From positions 4,774,001-4,838,000 of the forward strand of contig OZ024751.1 of assembly GCA_964016885.1 (NCBI GenBank): a DNA stretch of 64,000 nt, written 5' to 3'. The notes under the pieces were generated by a model that worked only from the letters and a program-made list of their open reading frames with translations, was not told the origin of the DNA and made no database searches. This stretch comes from Eledone cirrhosa. Lineage: Eukaryota. Of the stretch, positions 15,001 through 30,000 are shown piece by piece. Each line of letters opens with the position of its first letter. Position 1 is the stretch's first letter. The position numbers and the translations under genes are program-made.

Positions 15001-18000
15001 CCGAGTCTCTTTACAGTGTCTTATGTCTGCAGAGTCTCTTTACAGTGTCTTATGTCTGCCGAGTCTCTTTACAGTGTCTTATGTCTGCCGAGTCTCTTTA
15101 CAGTGTCTTATGTCTGCCGAGTCTCTTTACAGTGTCTTATGTCTGCAGAGTCTCTTTACAGTGTCTTATGTCTGCAGAGTCTCTTTACAGTGTCTTATGT
15201 CTGCAGAGTCTCTTTACAGTGTCTTATGTCTGCAGAGTCTCTTTACAGTGTCTTATGTCTGCAGAGTCTCTTTACAGTGTCTTATGTCAACAGAGTCTCT
15301 TTACAGTGTCTTATGTCTGCAGAGTCTCTTTACAGTGTCTTATGTCTGCAGAGTCTCTTTACAGTGTCTTATGTCTGCCGAGTCTCTTTACAGTGTCTTA
15401 TGTCTGCAGAGTCTCTTTACAGTGTCTTATGTCTGCAGAGTCTCTTTACAGTGTCTTATGTCTGCCGAGTCTCTTTACAGTGTCTTATGTCTGCAGAGTC
15501 TCTTTACAGTGTCTTATGTCTGCAGAGTCTCTTTACGAGTGTCTTATGTCTGCCGAGTCTCTTTACAGTGTCTTATGTCTGCAGAGTCTCTTTACAGTGT
15601 CTTATGTCTGCAGAGTCTCTTTACAGTGTCTTATGTCTGCCGAGTCTCTTTACAGTGTCTTATGTCTGCAGAGTCTCTTTACAGTGTCTTATGTCTGCCG
15701 AGTCTCTTTACAGTGTCTTATGTCTGCCGAGTCTCTTTACAGTGTCTTATGTCTGCCGAGTCTCTTTACAGTGTCTTATGTCTGCAGAGTCTCTTTACAG
15801 TGTCTTATGTCTGCAGAGTCTCTTTACAGTGTCTTATGTCTGCAGAGTCTCTTTACAGTGTCTTATGTCTGCAGAGTCTCTTTACAGTGTCTTATGTCTG
15901 CAGAGTCTCTTTACAGTGTCTTATGTCAACAGAGTCTCTTTACAGTGTCTTATGTCTGCAGAGTCTCTTTACAGTGTCTTATGTCTGCAGAGTCTCTTTA
16001 CAGTGTCTTATGTCTGCCGAGTCTCTTTACAGTGTCTTATGTCTGCAGAGTCTCTTTACAGTGTCTTATGTCTGCAGAGTCTCTTTACAGTGTCTTATGT
16101 CTGCCGAGTCTCTTTACAGTGTCTTATGTCTGCAGAGTCTCTTTACAGTGTCTTATGTCTGCAGAGTCTCTTTACAGTGTCTTATGTCTGCCGAGTCTCT
16201 TTACAGTGTCTTATGTCTGCAGAGTCTCTTTACAGTGTCTTATGTCTGCAGAGTCCTCTTTACAGTGTCTTATGTCTGCAGAGTCTCTTTACAGTGTCTT
16301 ATGTCTGCAGAGTCTCTTTACAGTGTCTTATGTCTGCCGAGTCTCTTTACAGTGTCTTATGTCTGCAGAGTCTCTTTACAGTGTCTTATGTCTGCAGAGT
16401 CTCTTTACAGTGTCTTATGTCTGCAGAGTCTCTTTACAGTGTCTTATGTCTTCAGAGTCTCTTACAGTGTCTTATGTCTGCCGAGTCTCTTTACAGTGTC
16501 TTATGTCTGCAGAGTCTCTTTACAGTGTCTTATGTCTGCAGAGTCTCTTTACAGTGTCTTATGTCTGCCGAGTTTCTTTACAGTGTCTTATGTCTGCAGA
16601 GTCTCTTTACAGTGTCTTATGTCTGCCGAGTCTCTTTACAGTGTCTTATGTCTGCAGAGTCTCTTTACAGTGTCTTATGTCTGCAGAGTCTCTTTACAGT
16701 GTCTTATGTCTGCAGAGTCTCTTTACAGTGTCTTATGTCTGCAGAGTCTCTTTACAGTGTCTTATGTCTGCCGAGTCTCTTTACAGTGTCTTATGTCTGC
16801 AGAGTCTCTTTACAGTGTCTTATGTCTGCAGAGTCTCTTTACAGTGTCTTATGTCTGCCGAGTCTCTTTACAGTGTCTTATGTCTGCAGAGTCTCTTTAC
16901 AGTGTCTTATGTCTGCCGAGTTTCTTTACAGTGTCTTATGTCTGCAGAGTCTCTTTACAGTGTCTTATGTCTGCAGAGTCTCTTTACAGTGTCTTATGTC
17001 TGCAGAGTCTCTTTACAGTGTCTTATGTCTTCAGAGTCTCTTTACAGTGTCTTATGTCTGCCGAGTCTCTTTACAGTGTCTTATGTCTGCAGAGTCCTCT
17101 TTACAGTGTCTTATGTCTGCAGAGTCTCTTTACAGTGTCTTATGTCTGCAGAGTCTCTTTACAGTGTCTTATGTCTGCCAGAGTCTCTTTACAGTGTCTT
17201 ATGTCTGCAGAGTCTCTTTACAGTGTCTTATGTCTGCAGAGTCTCTTTACAGTGTCTTATGTCTGCCGAGTCTCTTTACAGTGTCTTATGTCTGCAGAGT
17301 CTCTTTACAGTGTCTTATGTCTGCAGAGTCTCTTTACAGTGTCTTATGTCTGCAGAGTCTCTTTACAGTGTCTTATGTCTGCAGAGTCTCTTTACAGTGT
17401 CTTATGTCTGCAGAGTCTCTTTACAGTGTCTTATGTCTGCAGAGTCTCTTTACAGTGTCTTATGTCTGCAGAGTCTCTTTACAGTGTCTTATGTCTGCAG
17501 AGTCTCTTTACAGTGTCTTATGTCTGCAGAGTCTCTTTACAGTGTCTTATGTCTGCAGAGTCTCTTTACAGTGTCTTATGTCTGCCGAGTCTCTTTACAG
17601 TGTCTTATGTCTGCAGAGTCTCTTTACAGTGTCTTATGTCTGCAGAGTCTCTTTACAGTGTCTTATGTCTGCAGAGTCTCTTTACAGTGTCTTATGTCTG
17701 CAGAGTCTCTTTACAGTGTCCTTATGTCTGCAGAGTCTCTTTACAGTGTCTTATGTCTGCCGAGTCTCTTTACAGTGTCTTATGTCTGCCGAGTCTCTTT
17801 ACAGTGTCTTATGTCTGCAGAGTCTCTTTACAGTGTCTTATGTCTGCCGAGTCTCTTTACAGTGTCTTATGTCTGCAGAGTCTCTTTACAGTGTCTTATG
17901 TCTGCAGAGTCTCTTTACAGTGTCTTATGTCTGCCGAGTCTCTTTACAGTGTCTTATGTCTGCAGAGTCTCTTTACAGTGTCTTATGTCTGCAGAGTCTC

Positions 18001-21000
18001 TTTACAGTGTCTTATGTCTGCAGAGTCTCTTTACAGTGTCTTATGTCTGCAGAGTCTCTTTACAGTGTCTTATGTCTGCAGAGTCTCTTTACAGTGTCTT
18101 ATGTCTGCAGAGTCTCTTTACAGTGTCTTATGTCTGCCGAGTCTCTTTACAGTGTCTTATGTCTGCAGAGTCTCTTTACAGTGTCTTATGTCTGCAGAGT
18201 CTCTTTACAGTGTCTTATGTCTGCAGAGTCTCTTTACAGTGTCTTATGTCTGCAGAGTCTCTTTACAGTGTCTTATGTCTGCCGAGTCTCTTTACAGTGT
18301 CTTATGTCTGCAGAGTCTCTTTACAGTGCCTTATGTCTGCCGAGTCTCTTTACAGTGTCTTATGTCTGCCGAGTCTCTTTACAGTGTCTTATGTCTGCAG
18401 AGTCTCTTTACAGTGTCTTATGTCTGCAGAGTCTCTTTACAGTGTCTTATGTCTGCCGAGTCTCTTTACAGTGTCTTATGTCTGCAGAGTCTCTTTACAG
18501 TGTCTTATGTCTGCAGAGTCTCTTTACAGTGTCTTATGTCTGCAGAGTCTCTTTACAGTGTCTTATGTCTGCCGAGTCTCTTTACAGTGTCTTATGTCTG
18601 CAGAGTCTCTTTACAGTGTCTTATGTCTGCAGAGTCTCTTTACAGTGTCTTATGTCTGCAGAGTCTCTTTACAGTGTCTTATGTCTGCAGAGTCTCTTTA
18701 CAGTGTCTTATGTCTGCCGAGTCTCTTTACAGTGTCTTATGTCTGCCGAATCTCTTTACAGTGTCTTATGTCTGCCGAGTCTCTTTACAGTGTCTTATGT
18801 CTGCAGAGTCCTCTTTACAGTGTCTTATGTCTGCCGAGTCTCTTTACAGTGTCTTATGTCTGCCGAGTCTCTTTACAGTGTCTTATGTCTGCAGTGTCTC
18901 TTTACAGTGTCTTATGTCTGCAGAGTCTCTTTACAGTGTCTTATGTCTGCAGAGTCCCTTTACAGTGTCTTATGTCTGCCGAGTCTCTTTACAGTGTCTT
19001 ATGTCTGCAGAGTCTCTTTACAGCGTCTTATGTCTGCCGAGTCTCTTTACAGTGTCTTATGTCTGCAGAGTCTCTTTACAGTGTCTTATGTCTGCAGAGT
19101 CTCTTTACAGTGCCTTATGTCTGCCGAGTCTCTTCACAGTGTCTTATGTCTGCCGAGTCTCTTTACAGTGTCTTATGTCTGCAGAGTCTCTTACAGTGTC
19201 TTATGTCTGCAGAGTCTCTTTACAGTGTCTTATGTCTGCAGAGTCTCTTTACAGTGTCTTATGTCTGCCGAGTCTCTTTACAGTGTCTTATGTCTGCAGA
19301 GTCTCTTTACAGTGTCTTATGTCTGCAGAGTCTCTTTACAGTGTCTTATGTCTGCAGAGTCTCTTTACAGTGTCTTATGTCTGCAGAGTCTCTTTACAGT
19401 GTCTTATGTCTGCAGAGTCTCTTTACAGTGTCTTATGTCTGCAGAGTCTCTTTACAGTGTCTTATGTCTGCAGAGTCTCTTTACAGTGTCTTATGTCTGC
19501 AGAGTCTCTTTACAGTGTCTTATGTCTGCAGAGTCTCTTTACAGTGTCTTATGTCTGCAGAGTCTCTTTACAGTGTCTTATGTCTGCCGAGTCTCTTTAC
19601 AGTGTCTTATGTCTGCAGAGTCTCTTTACTGTGTCTTATGTCTGCAGAGTCTCTTTACAGTGTCTTATGTCTGCAGAGTCTCTTTACAGTGTCTTATGTC
19701 TGCCGAGTCTCTTTACAGTGTCTTATGTCTGCCGAATCTCTTTACAGTGTCTTATGTCTGCCGAGTCTCTTTACAGTGTCTTATGTCTGCAGAGTCTCTT
19801 TACAGTGTCTTATGTCTGCCGAGTCTCTTTACAGTGTCTTATGTCTGCCGAGTCTCTTTACAGTGTCTTATGTCTGCAGAGTCTCTTTACAGTGTCTTAT
19901 GTCTGCCGAGTCTCTTTACAGTGTCTTATGTCTGCAGAGTCTCTTTACAGTGTCTTATGTCTGCAGAGTCTCTTTACAGTGTCTTATGTCTGCCGAGTCT
20001 CTTTACAGTGTCTTATGTCTGCAGAGTCTCTTTACAGCGTCTTATGTCTGCCGAGTCTCTTTACAGTGTCTTATGTCTGCAGAGTCTCTTTACAGTGTCT
20101 TATGACTGCAGAGTCTCTTTACAGTGTCTTATGTCTGCCGAGCCTCTTTACAGTGCCTTATGTCTGCAGAGTCTCTTTACAGTGTCTTATGTCTGCAGAG
20201 TCTCTTTACAGTGTCTTATGTCTGCCGAGTCTCTTTACAGTGTCTTATGTCTGCAGAGTCTCTTTACAGCGTCTTATGTCTGCCGAGTCTCTTTACAGTG
20301 TCTTATGTCTGCAGAGTCTCTTTACAGTGTCTTATGACTGCAGAGTCTCTTTACAGTGTCTTATGTCTGCCGAGCCTCTTTACAGTGTCTTATGTCTGCA
20401 GAGTCTCTTTACAGTGTCTTATGTCTGCAGAGTCTCTTTACAGTGTCTTATGTCTGCAAGTCTCTTTACAGTGCCTTATGTCTGCAGAGTCTCTTTACAG
20501 TGCCTTATGTCTGCAGAGTCTCTTTACAGTGTCTTATGTCTGCAGAGTCTCTTTACAGGTGTCTTATGTCTGCAGAGTCTCTTTACAGTGTCTTATGTCT
20601 GCCGAATCTCTTTACAGTGTCTTATGTCTGCAGAGTCTCTTTACAGTGTCTTATGTCTGCAGAGTCTCTTTACAGCGTCTTATGTCTGCCGAGTCTCCTT
20701 TACAGTGTCTTATGTCTGCAGAGTCCTCTTTACAGTGTCTTATGTCTGCAGAGTCTCTTTACAGCGTCTTATGTCTGCAGAGTCTCTTTACAGTGCCTTA
20801 TGTCTGCAGAGTCTCTTTACAGTGTCTTATGTCTGCAGAGTCTCTTTACAGTGTCCTTATGTCTGCCGAGTCTCTTTACAGTGTCTTATGTCTGCAGAGT
20901 CTCTTTACAGTGTCTTATGTCTGCAGAGTCTCTTTACAGTGTCTTATGTCTGCAGAGTCTCTTTACAGTGTCTTATGTCTGCAGAGTCTCTTTACAGTGT

Positions 21001-24000
21001 CTTATGTCTGCAGAGTCTCTTTACAGTGTCTTATGTCTGCAGAGTCTCTTTACAGTGTCTTATGTCTGCAGAGTCTCTTTACAGTGTCTTATGTCTGCAG
21101 AGTCTCTTTACAGTGTCTTATGTCTGCCGAGTCTCTTTACAGTGTCTTATGTCTGCGAGTCTCTTTACAGTGTCTTATGTCTGCAGAGTCTCTTTACAGC
21201 GTCTTATGTCTGCCGAGTCTCTTTACAGTGTCTTATGTCTGCAGAGTCTCTTTACAGTGTCTTATGTCTGCAGAGTCTCTTTACAGTGTCTTATGTCTGC
21301 CGAGTCTCTTTACAGTGTCCTTATGTCTGCAGAGTCTCTTTACAGTGTCTTATGTCTGCAGAGTCTCTTTACAGTGTCTTATGTCTGCAGAGTCTCTTTA
21401 CAGTGCCTTATGTCTGCAGAGTCTCTTTACAGTGTCTTATGTCTGCAGAGTGTCTTTACAGTGTCTTATGTCTGCAGAGTCTCTTTACAGTGTCTTATAT
21501 CTGCAGAGTCTCTTTACAGTGTCTTATGTCTGCAGAGTCCTCTTTACAGTGTCTTATGTCTGCAGAGTCTCTTTACAGTGTCTTATGTCTGCAGAGTCTC
21601 TTTACAGTGTCTTATGTCTGCAGAGTCTCTTTACAGTGTCTTATGTCTGCAGAGTCTCTTTACAGTGTCTTATGTCTGCAGAGTCTCTTTACAGTGTCTT
21701 ATGTCTGCAGAGTCTCTTTACAGTGTCTTATGTCTGCAGAGTCTCTTTACAGTGTCTTATGTCTGCAGAGTCTCTTTACAGTGTCTTATGTCTGCCGAGT
21801 CTCTTTACAGTGTCTTATGTCTGCCGAGTCTCTTTACAGTGTCCTTATGTCTGCAGAGTCTCTTTACAGTGTCTTATGTCTGCAGAGTCTCTTTACAGTG
21901 TCTTATGTCTGCAGAGTCTCTTTACAGTGTCTTATGTCTGCAGAGTGTCTTTACAGTGTCTTATGTCTGCAGAGTCTCTTTACAGTGTCTTATGTCTGCA
22001 GAGTCTCTTTACAGTGTCTTATGTCTGCAGAGTCTCTTTACAGTGTCTTATGTCTGCAGAGTCTCTTTACAGTGTCTTATGTCTGCCGAGTCTCTTTACA
22101 GTGTCTTATGTCTGCAGAGTCCTCTTTACAGTGTCTTATGTCTGCCGAGTCTCTTTACAGTGTCTTATGTCTGCCGAGTCTCTTACAGTGTCTTATGTCT
22201 GCCGAGTCTCAGTGTCTTATGTCTGCAGAGTCTCTTTACAGTGTCTTATGTCTGCAGAGTCTCTTTACAGTGTCTTATGTCTGCAGAGTCTCTTTACAGT
22301 GTCTTATGTCAACAGAGTCTCTTTACAGTGTCTTATGTCTGCAGAGTCTCTTTACAGTGTCTTATGTCTGCCGAGTCTCTTTACAGTGTCTTATGTCTGC
22401 AGAGTCTCTTTACAGTGTCTTATGTCTGCAGAGTCTCTTTACAGTGTCTTATGTCTGCCAAGTTTCTTTACAGTGTCTTATGTCTGCAGAGTCTCTTTAC
22501 AGTGTCTTATGTCTTCAGAGTCTCTTTACAGTGTCTTATGTCTGCCGAGTCTCTTTACAGTGTCTTATGTCTGCAGAGTCTCTTTACAGTGTCTTATGTC
22601 TGCAGAGTCTCTTTACAGTGTCTTATGTCTGCCGAGTCTCTTTACAGTGTCTTATGTTTGCAGAGTCTCTTTACAGTGTCTTATGTCTGCAGAGTCTCTT
22701 TACAGTGTCTTATGTCTGCTGAGTCTCTTTACAGTGTCTTATGTCTGCAGAGTCTCTTTACAGTGTCTTATGTCTGCAGAGTCTCTTTACAGTGTCTTAT
22801 GTCTGCAGAGTCTCTTTACAGTGTCTTATGTCTGCCGAGTCTCTTTACAGTGTCTTATGTCTGCAGAGTCTCTTTACAGTGTCTTATGTCTGCAGAGTCT
22901 CTTTACAGTGTCTTATGTCTGCTGAGTCTCTTTACAGTGTCTTATGTCTGCAGAGTTTCTTTACAGTGTCTTATGTCTGCCGAGTCTCTTTACAGTGTCT
23001 TATGTCTGCAGAGTCTCTTTACAGTGCCTTATGTCTGCCGAGTCTCTTTACAGTGTCTTATGTCTGCCGAGTCTCTTTACAGTGTCTTATGTCTGCAGAG
23101 TCTCTTTACAGTGTCTTATGTCTGCAGAGTCTCTTTACAGTGTCTTATGTCTGCAGAGTTTCTTTACAGTGTCTTATGTCTGCCGAGTCTCTTTACAGTG
23201 TCTTATGTCTGCAGAGTCTCTTTACAGTGCCTTATGTCTGCCGAGTCTCTTTACAGTGTCTTATGTCTGCCGAGTCTCTTTACAGTGTCTTATGTCTGCA
23301 GAGTCTCTTTACAGTGTCTTATGTCTGCAGAGTCTCTTTACAGTGTCTTATGTCTGCAGAGTCTCTTTACAGTGTCTTATGTCTGCAGAGTCTCTTTACA
23401 GTGTCTTATGTCTGCAGAGTCTCTTTACAGTGTCTTATGTCTGCCGAGTCTCTTTACAGTGTCTTATGTCTGCCGAATCTCTTTACAGTGTCTTATGTCT
23501 GCCGAGTCTCTTTACAGTGTCTTATGTCTGCAGAGTCTCTTTACAGTGTCTTATGTCTGCCGAGTCTCTTTACAGTGTCTTATGTCTGCCGAGTCTCTTT
23601 ACAGTGTCTTATGTCTGCAGTGTCTCTTTACAGTGTCTTATGTCTGCAGAGTCTCTTTACAGTGTCTTATGTCTGCCGAGTCTCTTTACAGTGTCTTATG
23701 TCTGCAGAGTCTCTTTACAGTGTCTTATGTCTGCAGAGTCTCTTTACAGTGTCTTATGTCTGCCGAGTCTCTTTACAGTGTCTTATGTCTGCAGAGTCTC
23801 TTTACAGCGTCTTATGTCTGCCGAGTCTCTTTACAGTGTCTTATGTCTGCAGAGTCTCTTTACAGTGTCTTATGACTGCAGAGTCTCTTTACAGTGTCTT
23901 ATGTCTGCAGAGTCTCTTTACAGTGTCTTATGTCTGCCGAGTCTCTTTACAGTGCCTTATGTCTGCAGAGTCTCTTTACAGTGTCTTATGTCTGCAGAGT

Positions 24001-27000
24001 CTCTTTACAGTGTCTTATGTCTGCCGAATCTCTTTACAGTGTCTTATGTCTGCCGAGTCTCTTTACAGTGTCTTATGTCTGCAGAGTCTCTTTACAGCGT
24101 CTTATGTCTGCCGAGTCTCTTTACAGTGTCTTATGTCTGCAGAGTCTCTTTACAGTGTCTTATGTCTGCAGAGTCTCTTTACAGTGTCTTATGTCTGCCG
24201 AGTCTCTTTACAGTGCCTTATGTCTGCAGAGTCTCTTTACAGTGTCTTATGTCTGCAGAGTCTCTTTACAGTGTCTTATGTCTGCCGAGTCTCTTTACAG
24301 TGCCTTATGTCTGCAGAGTCTCTTTACAGTGTCTTATGTCTGCAGAGTCTCTTTACAGTGTCTTATGTCTGCAGAGTCTCTTTACAGTGTCTTATGTCTG
24401 CCGAGTCTCTTTACAGTGTCTTATGTCTGCCGAATCTCTTTACAGTGTCTTATGTCTGCCGAGTCTCTTTACAGTGTCTTATGTCTGCAGAGTCTCTTTA
24501 GAGTGTCTTATGTCTGCCGAGTCTCTTTACAGTGTCTTATGTCTGCCGAGTCTCTTTACAGTGTCTTATGTCTGCAGAGTCTCTTTACAGTGTCTTATGT
24601 CTGCCGAGTCTCTTTACAGTGTCTTATGTCTGCAGAGTCTCTTTACAGTGTCTTATGTCTGCCGAGTCTCTTTACAGTGTCTTATGTCTGCCGAGTCTCT
24701 TTACAGTGTCTTATGTCTGCCGAGTCTCTTTACAGTGTCTTATGTCTGCAGAGTCTCTTTACAGTGTCTTATGTCTGCAGAGTCTCTTTACAGTGTCTTA
24801 TGTCTGCAGAGTCTCTTTACAGTGTCTTATGTCTGCAGAGTCTCTTTACAGTGTCTTATGTCAACAGAGTCTCTTTACAGTGTCTTATGTCTGCAGAGTC
24901 TCTTTACAGTGTCTTATGTCTGCCGAGTCTCTTTACAGTGTCTTATGTCTGCAGAGTCTCTTTACAGTGTCTTATGTCTGCAGAGTCTCTTTACAGTGTC
25001 TTATGTCTGCCGAGTTTCTTTACAGTGTCTTATGTCTGCAGAGTCTCTTTACAGTGTCTTATGTCTGCAGAGTCTCTTTACAGTGTCTTATGTCTGCCGA
25101 GTCTCTTTACAGTGTCTTATGTCTGCAGAGTCTCTTTACAGTGTCTTATGTCTGCAGAGTCTCTTTACAGTGTCTTATGTCTGCTGAGTCTCTTTACAGT
25201 GCCTTATCTCTGCAGAGTCTCTTTACAGTGTCTTATGTCTGCAGAGTCTCTTTACAGTGTCTTATGTCTGCATAGTCTCTTTACAGTGTCTTATGTCTGC
25301 CGAGTCTCTTTACAGTGTCTTATGTCTGCCGAGTCTCTTTACAGTGTCTTATGTCTGCAGAGTCTCTTTACAGTGTCTTATGTCTGCCGAGTCTCTTTAC
25401 AGTGTCTTATGTCTGCCGAGTCTCTTTACAGTGTCTTATGTCTGCAGAGTCTCTTTACAGTGTCTTATGTCTGCCGAGTCTCTTTACAGTGTCTTATGTC
25501 TGCAGAGTCTCTTTACAGTGTCTTATGTCTGCAGAGTCTCTTTACAGTGTCTTATGTCTGCCGAGTCTCTTTACAGTGTCTTATGTCTGCAGAGTCTCTT
25601 TACAGTGTCTTATGTCTGCAGAGTCTCTTTACAGTGTCTTATGTCTGCAGAGTCTCTTTACAGTGTCTTATGTCTGCAGAGTTTCTTTACAGTGTCTTAT
25701 GTCTGCCGAGTCTCTTTACAGTGTCTTATGTCTGCAGAGTCTCTTTACAGTGCCTTATGTCTGCCGAGTCTCTTTACAGTGTCTTATGTCTGCCGAGTCT
25801 CTTTACAGTGTCTTATGTCTGCAGAGTCTCTTTACAGTGTCTTATGTCTGCAGAGTCTCTTTACAGTGTCTTATGTCTGCCGAGTCTCTTTACAGTGTCT
25901 TATGTCTGCAGAGTCTCTTTACAGTGTCTTATGTCTGCAGAGTCTCTTTACAGTGTCTTATGTCTGCAGAGTCTCTTTACAGTGTCTTATGTCTGCCGAG
26001 TCTCTTTACAGTGTCTTATGTCTGCAGAGTCTCTTTACAGTGTCTTATGTCTGCCGAGTCTCTTTACAGTGTCTTATGTCTGCAGAGTCTCTTTACAGTG
26101 TCTTATGTCTGCAGAGTCTCTTTACAGTGTCTTATGTCTGCCGAGTCTCTTTACAGTGTCTTATGTCTGCCGAATCTCTTTACAGTGTCTTATGTCTGCC
26201 GAGTCTCTTTACAGTGTCTTATGTCTGCAGAGTCTCTTTACAGTGTCTTATGTCTGCCGAGTCTCTTTACAGTGTCTTATGTCTGCCGAGTCTCTTTACA
26301 GTGTCTTATGTCTGCAGTGTCTCTTTACAGTGTCTTATGTCTGCAGAGTCTCTTTACAGTGTCTTATGTCTGCAGAGTCCCTTTACAGTGTCTTATGTCT
26401 GCCGAGTCTCTTTACAGTGTCTTATGTCTGCAGAGTCTCTTTACAGCGTCTTATGTCTGCCGAGTCTCTTTACAGTGTCTTATGTCTGCAGAGTCTCTTT
26501 ACAGTGTCTTATGTCTGCAGAGTCTCTTTACAGTGCCTTATGTCTGCCGAGTCTCTTCACAGTGTCTTATGTCTGCCGAGTCTCTTTACAATGTCTTATG
26601 TCTGCAGAGTCTCTTTACAGTGTCTTATGTCTGCAGAGTCTCTTTACAGTGTCTTATGTCTGCAGAGTCTCTTTACAGTGTCTTATGTCTGCCGAGTCTC
26701 TTTACAGTGTCTTATGTCTGCAGAGTCTCTTTACAGTGTCTTATGTCTGCAGAGTCTCTTTACAGTGTCTTATGTCTGCCGAGTCTCTTTACAGTGTCTT
26801 ATGTCTGCAGAGTCTCTTTACAGTGTCTTATGTCTGCAGAGTCTCTTTACAGTGTCTTATGTCTGCAGAGTCTCTTTACAGTGTCTTATGTCTGCAGAGT
26901 CTCTTTACAGTGTCTTATGTCTGCCGAGTCTCTTTACAGTGTCTTATGTCTGCCGAATCTCTTTACAGTGTCTTATGTCTGCAGAGTCTCTTTACAGTGT

Positions 27001-30000
27001 CTTATGTCTGCCGAGTTTCTTTACAGTGTCTTATGTCTGCAGAGTCTCTTTACAGTGTCTTATGTCTGCAGAGTCTCTTTACAGTGTCTTATGTCTGCAG
27101 AGTCTCTTTACAGTGTCTTATGTCTTCAGAGTCTCTTTACAGTGTCTTATGTCTGCCGAGTCTCTTTACAGTGTCTTATGTCTGCCGAGTCTCTTTACAG
27201 TGTCTTATGTCTGCAGGGTCTCTTTACAGTGTCTTATGTCTGCAGAGTCTCTTTACAGTGTCTTATGTCTGCCGAGTCTCTTTACAGTGTCTTATGTCTG
27301 CAGAGTCTCTTTACAGTGTCTTATGTCTGCTGAGTCTCTTTACAGTGTCTTATGTCTGCAGAGTCTCTTTACAGTGTCTTATGTCTGCAGAGTCTCTTTA
27401 CAGTGTCTTATGTCTGCAGAGTCTCTTTACAGTGTCTTATGTCTGCCGAGTCTCTTTACAGTGTCTTATGTCTGCAGAGTCTCTTTACAGTGTCTTATGT
27501 CTGTAGAGTCTCTTTACAGTGTCTTATGTCTGCAGAGTCTCTTTACAGTGTCTTATGTCTGCAGAGTCTCTTTACAGTGTCTTATGTCTGCCGAGTCTCT
27601 TTACAGTGTCTTATGTCTGCAGAGTCTCTTTACAGTGCCTTATGTCTGCCGAGTCTCTTTACAGTGTCTTATGTCTGCCGAGTCTATTTACAGTGTCTTA
27701 TGTCTGCAGAGTCTCTTTACAGTGTCTTATGTCTGCAGAGTCTCTTTACAGTGTCTTATGTCTGCCGAGTCTCTTTACAGTGTCTTATGTCTGCAGAGTC
27801 TCTTTACAGTGTCTTATGTCTGCAGAGTCTCTTTACAGTGTCTTATGTCTGCAGAGTTTCTTTACAGTGTCTTATGTCTGCCGAGTCTCTTTACAGTGTC
27901 TTATGTCTGCAGAGTCTCTTTACAGTGTCTTATGTCTTCAGAGTCTCTTTACAGTGTCTTATGTCTGCCGAGTCTCTTTACAGTGTCTTATGTCTGCCGA
28001 GTCTCTTTACAGTGTCTTATGTCTGCAGGGTCTCTTTACAGTGTCTTATGTCTGCAGAGTCTCTTTACAGTGTCTTATGTCTGCCGAGTCTCTTTACAGT
28101 GTCTTATGTCTGCAGAGTCTCTTTACAGTGTCTTATGTCTGCTGAGTCTCTTTACAGTGTCTTATGTCTGCAGAGTCTCTTTACAGTGTCTTATGTCTGC
28201 AGAGTCTCTTTACAGTGTCTTATGTCTGCCGAGTCTCTTTACAGTGTCTTATGTCTGCAGAGTCTCTTTACAGTGTCTTATGTCTGTAGAGTCTCTTTAC
28301 AGTGTCTTATGTCTGCAGAGTCTCTTTACAGTGTCTTATGTCTGCAGAGTCTCTTTACAGTGTCTTATGTCTGCCGAGTCTCTTTACAGTGTCTTATGTC
28401 TGCAGAGTCTCTTTACAGTGCCTTATGTCTGCCGAGTCTCTTTACAGTGTCTTATGTCTGCCGAGTCTATTTACAGTGTCTTATGTCTGCAGAGTCTCTT
28501 TACAGTGTCTTATGTCTGCAGAGTCTCTTTACAGTGTCTTATGTCTGCCGAGTCTCTTTACAGTGTCTTATGTCTGCAGAGTCTCTTTACAGTGTCTTAT
28601 GTCTGCAGAGTCTCTTTACAGTGTCTTATGTCTGCAGAGTTTCTTTACAGTGTCTTATGTCTGCCGAGTCTCTTTACAGTGTCTTATGTCTGCAGAGTCT
28701 CTTTACAGTGTCTTATGTCTGCAGAGTCTCTTTACAGTGTCTTATGTCTGCAGAGTCTCTTTACAGTGTCTTATGTCTGCCGAGTCTCTTTACAGTGTCT
28801 TATGTCTGCAGAGTCTCTTTACAGTGTCTTATGTCTGCAGAGTCTCTTTACAGTGTCTTATGTCTTCAGAGTCTCTTTACAGTGTCTTATGTCTGCAGAG
28901 TCTCTTTACAGTGTCTTATGTCTGCCGAGTCTCTTTACAGTGTCTTATGTCTGCCGAGTCTCTTTACAGTGTCTTATGTCTGCAGAGTCTCTTTACAGTG
29001 TCTTATGTCTGCCGAGTCTCTTTACAGTGTCTTATGTCTGCAGAGTCTCTTTACAGTGTCTTATGTCTGCAGTGTCTCTTTACAGTGACTTATGTCTGCA
29101 GAGTCTCTTTACAGTGTCTTATGTCTGCCGAGTCTCTTTACAGTGTCTTATGTCTGCAGAGTCTCTTTACAGTGTCTTATGTCTGCAGAGTCTCTTTACA
29201 GTGTCTTATGTCTGCAGAGTCTCTTTACAGTGTCTTATGTCTGCCGAGTCTCTTTACAGTGTCTTATGTCTGCCGAGTCTCTTTACAGTGTCTTATGTCT
29301 GCAGAGTCTCTTTACAGTGTCTTATGTCTTCAGAGTCTCTTTACAGTGTCTTATGTCTGCCGAGTCTCTTTACAGTGTCTTATGTCTGCAGAGTCTCTTT
29401 ACGGTGTCTTATGTCTGCAGAGTCTCTTTACAGTGTCTTATGTCTGCAGAGTCTCTTTACAGTGTCTTATGTCTGCCGAGTCTCTTTACAGTGTCTTATG
29501 TCTGCAGAGTCTCTTTACAGTGTCTTATGTCTGCAGAGTCTCTTTACAGTGTCTTATGTCTGCAGAGTCTCTTTACAGTGTCTTATGTCTGCAGAGTCTC
29601 TTTACAGTGTCTTATGTCTTCAGAGTCTCTTTACAGTGTCTTATGTCTGCCGAGTCTCTTTACAGTGTCTTATGTCTGCAGAGTCTCTTTACGGTGTCTT
29701 ATGTCTGCAGAGTCTCTTTACAGTGTCTTATGTCTGCAGAGTCTCTTTACGGTGTCTTATGTCTGCAGAGTCTCTTTACAGTGTCTTATGTCTGCAGAGT
29801 CTCTTTACAGTGTCTTATGTCTGCAGAGTCTCTTTACAGTGTCTTATGTCTGCAGAGTCTCTTTACAGTGTCTTATGTCTGCAGAGTCTCTTTACAGTGT
29901 CTTATGTCTGCCGAGTCTCTTTACAGTGTCTTATGTCTGCCGAGTCTCTTTACAGTGTCTTATGTCTGCAGAGTCTCTTTACAGTGTCTTATGTCTTCAG

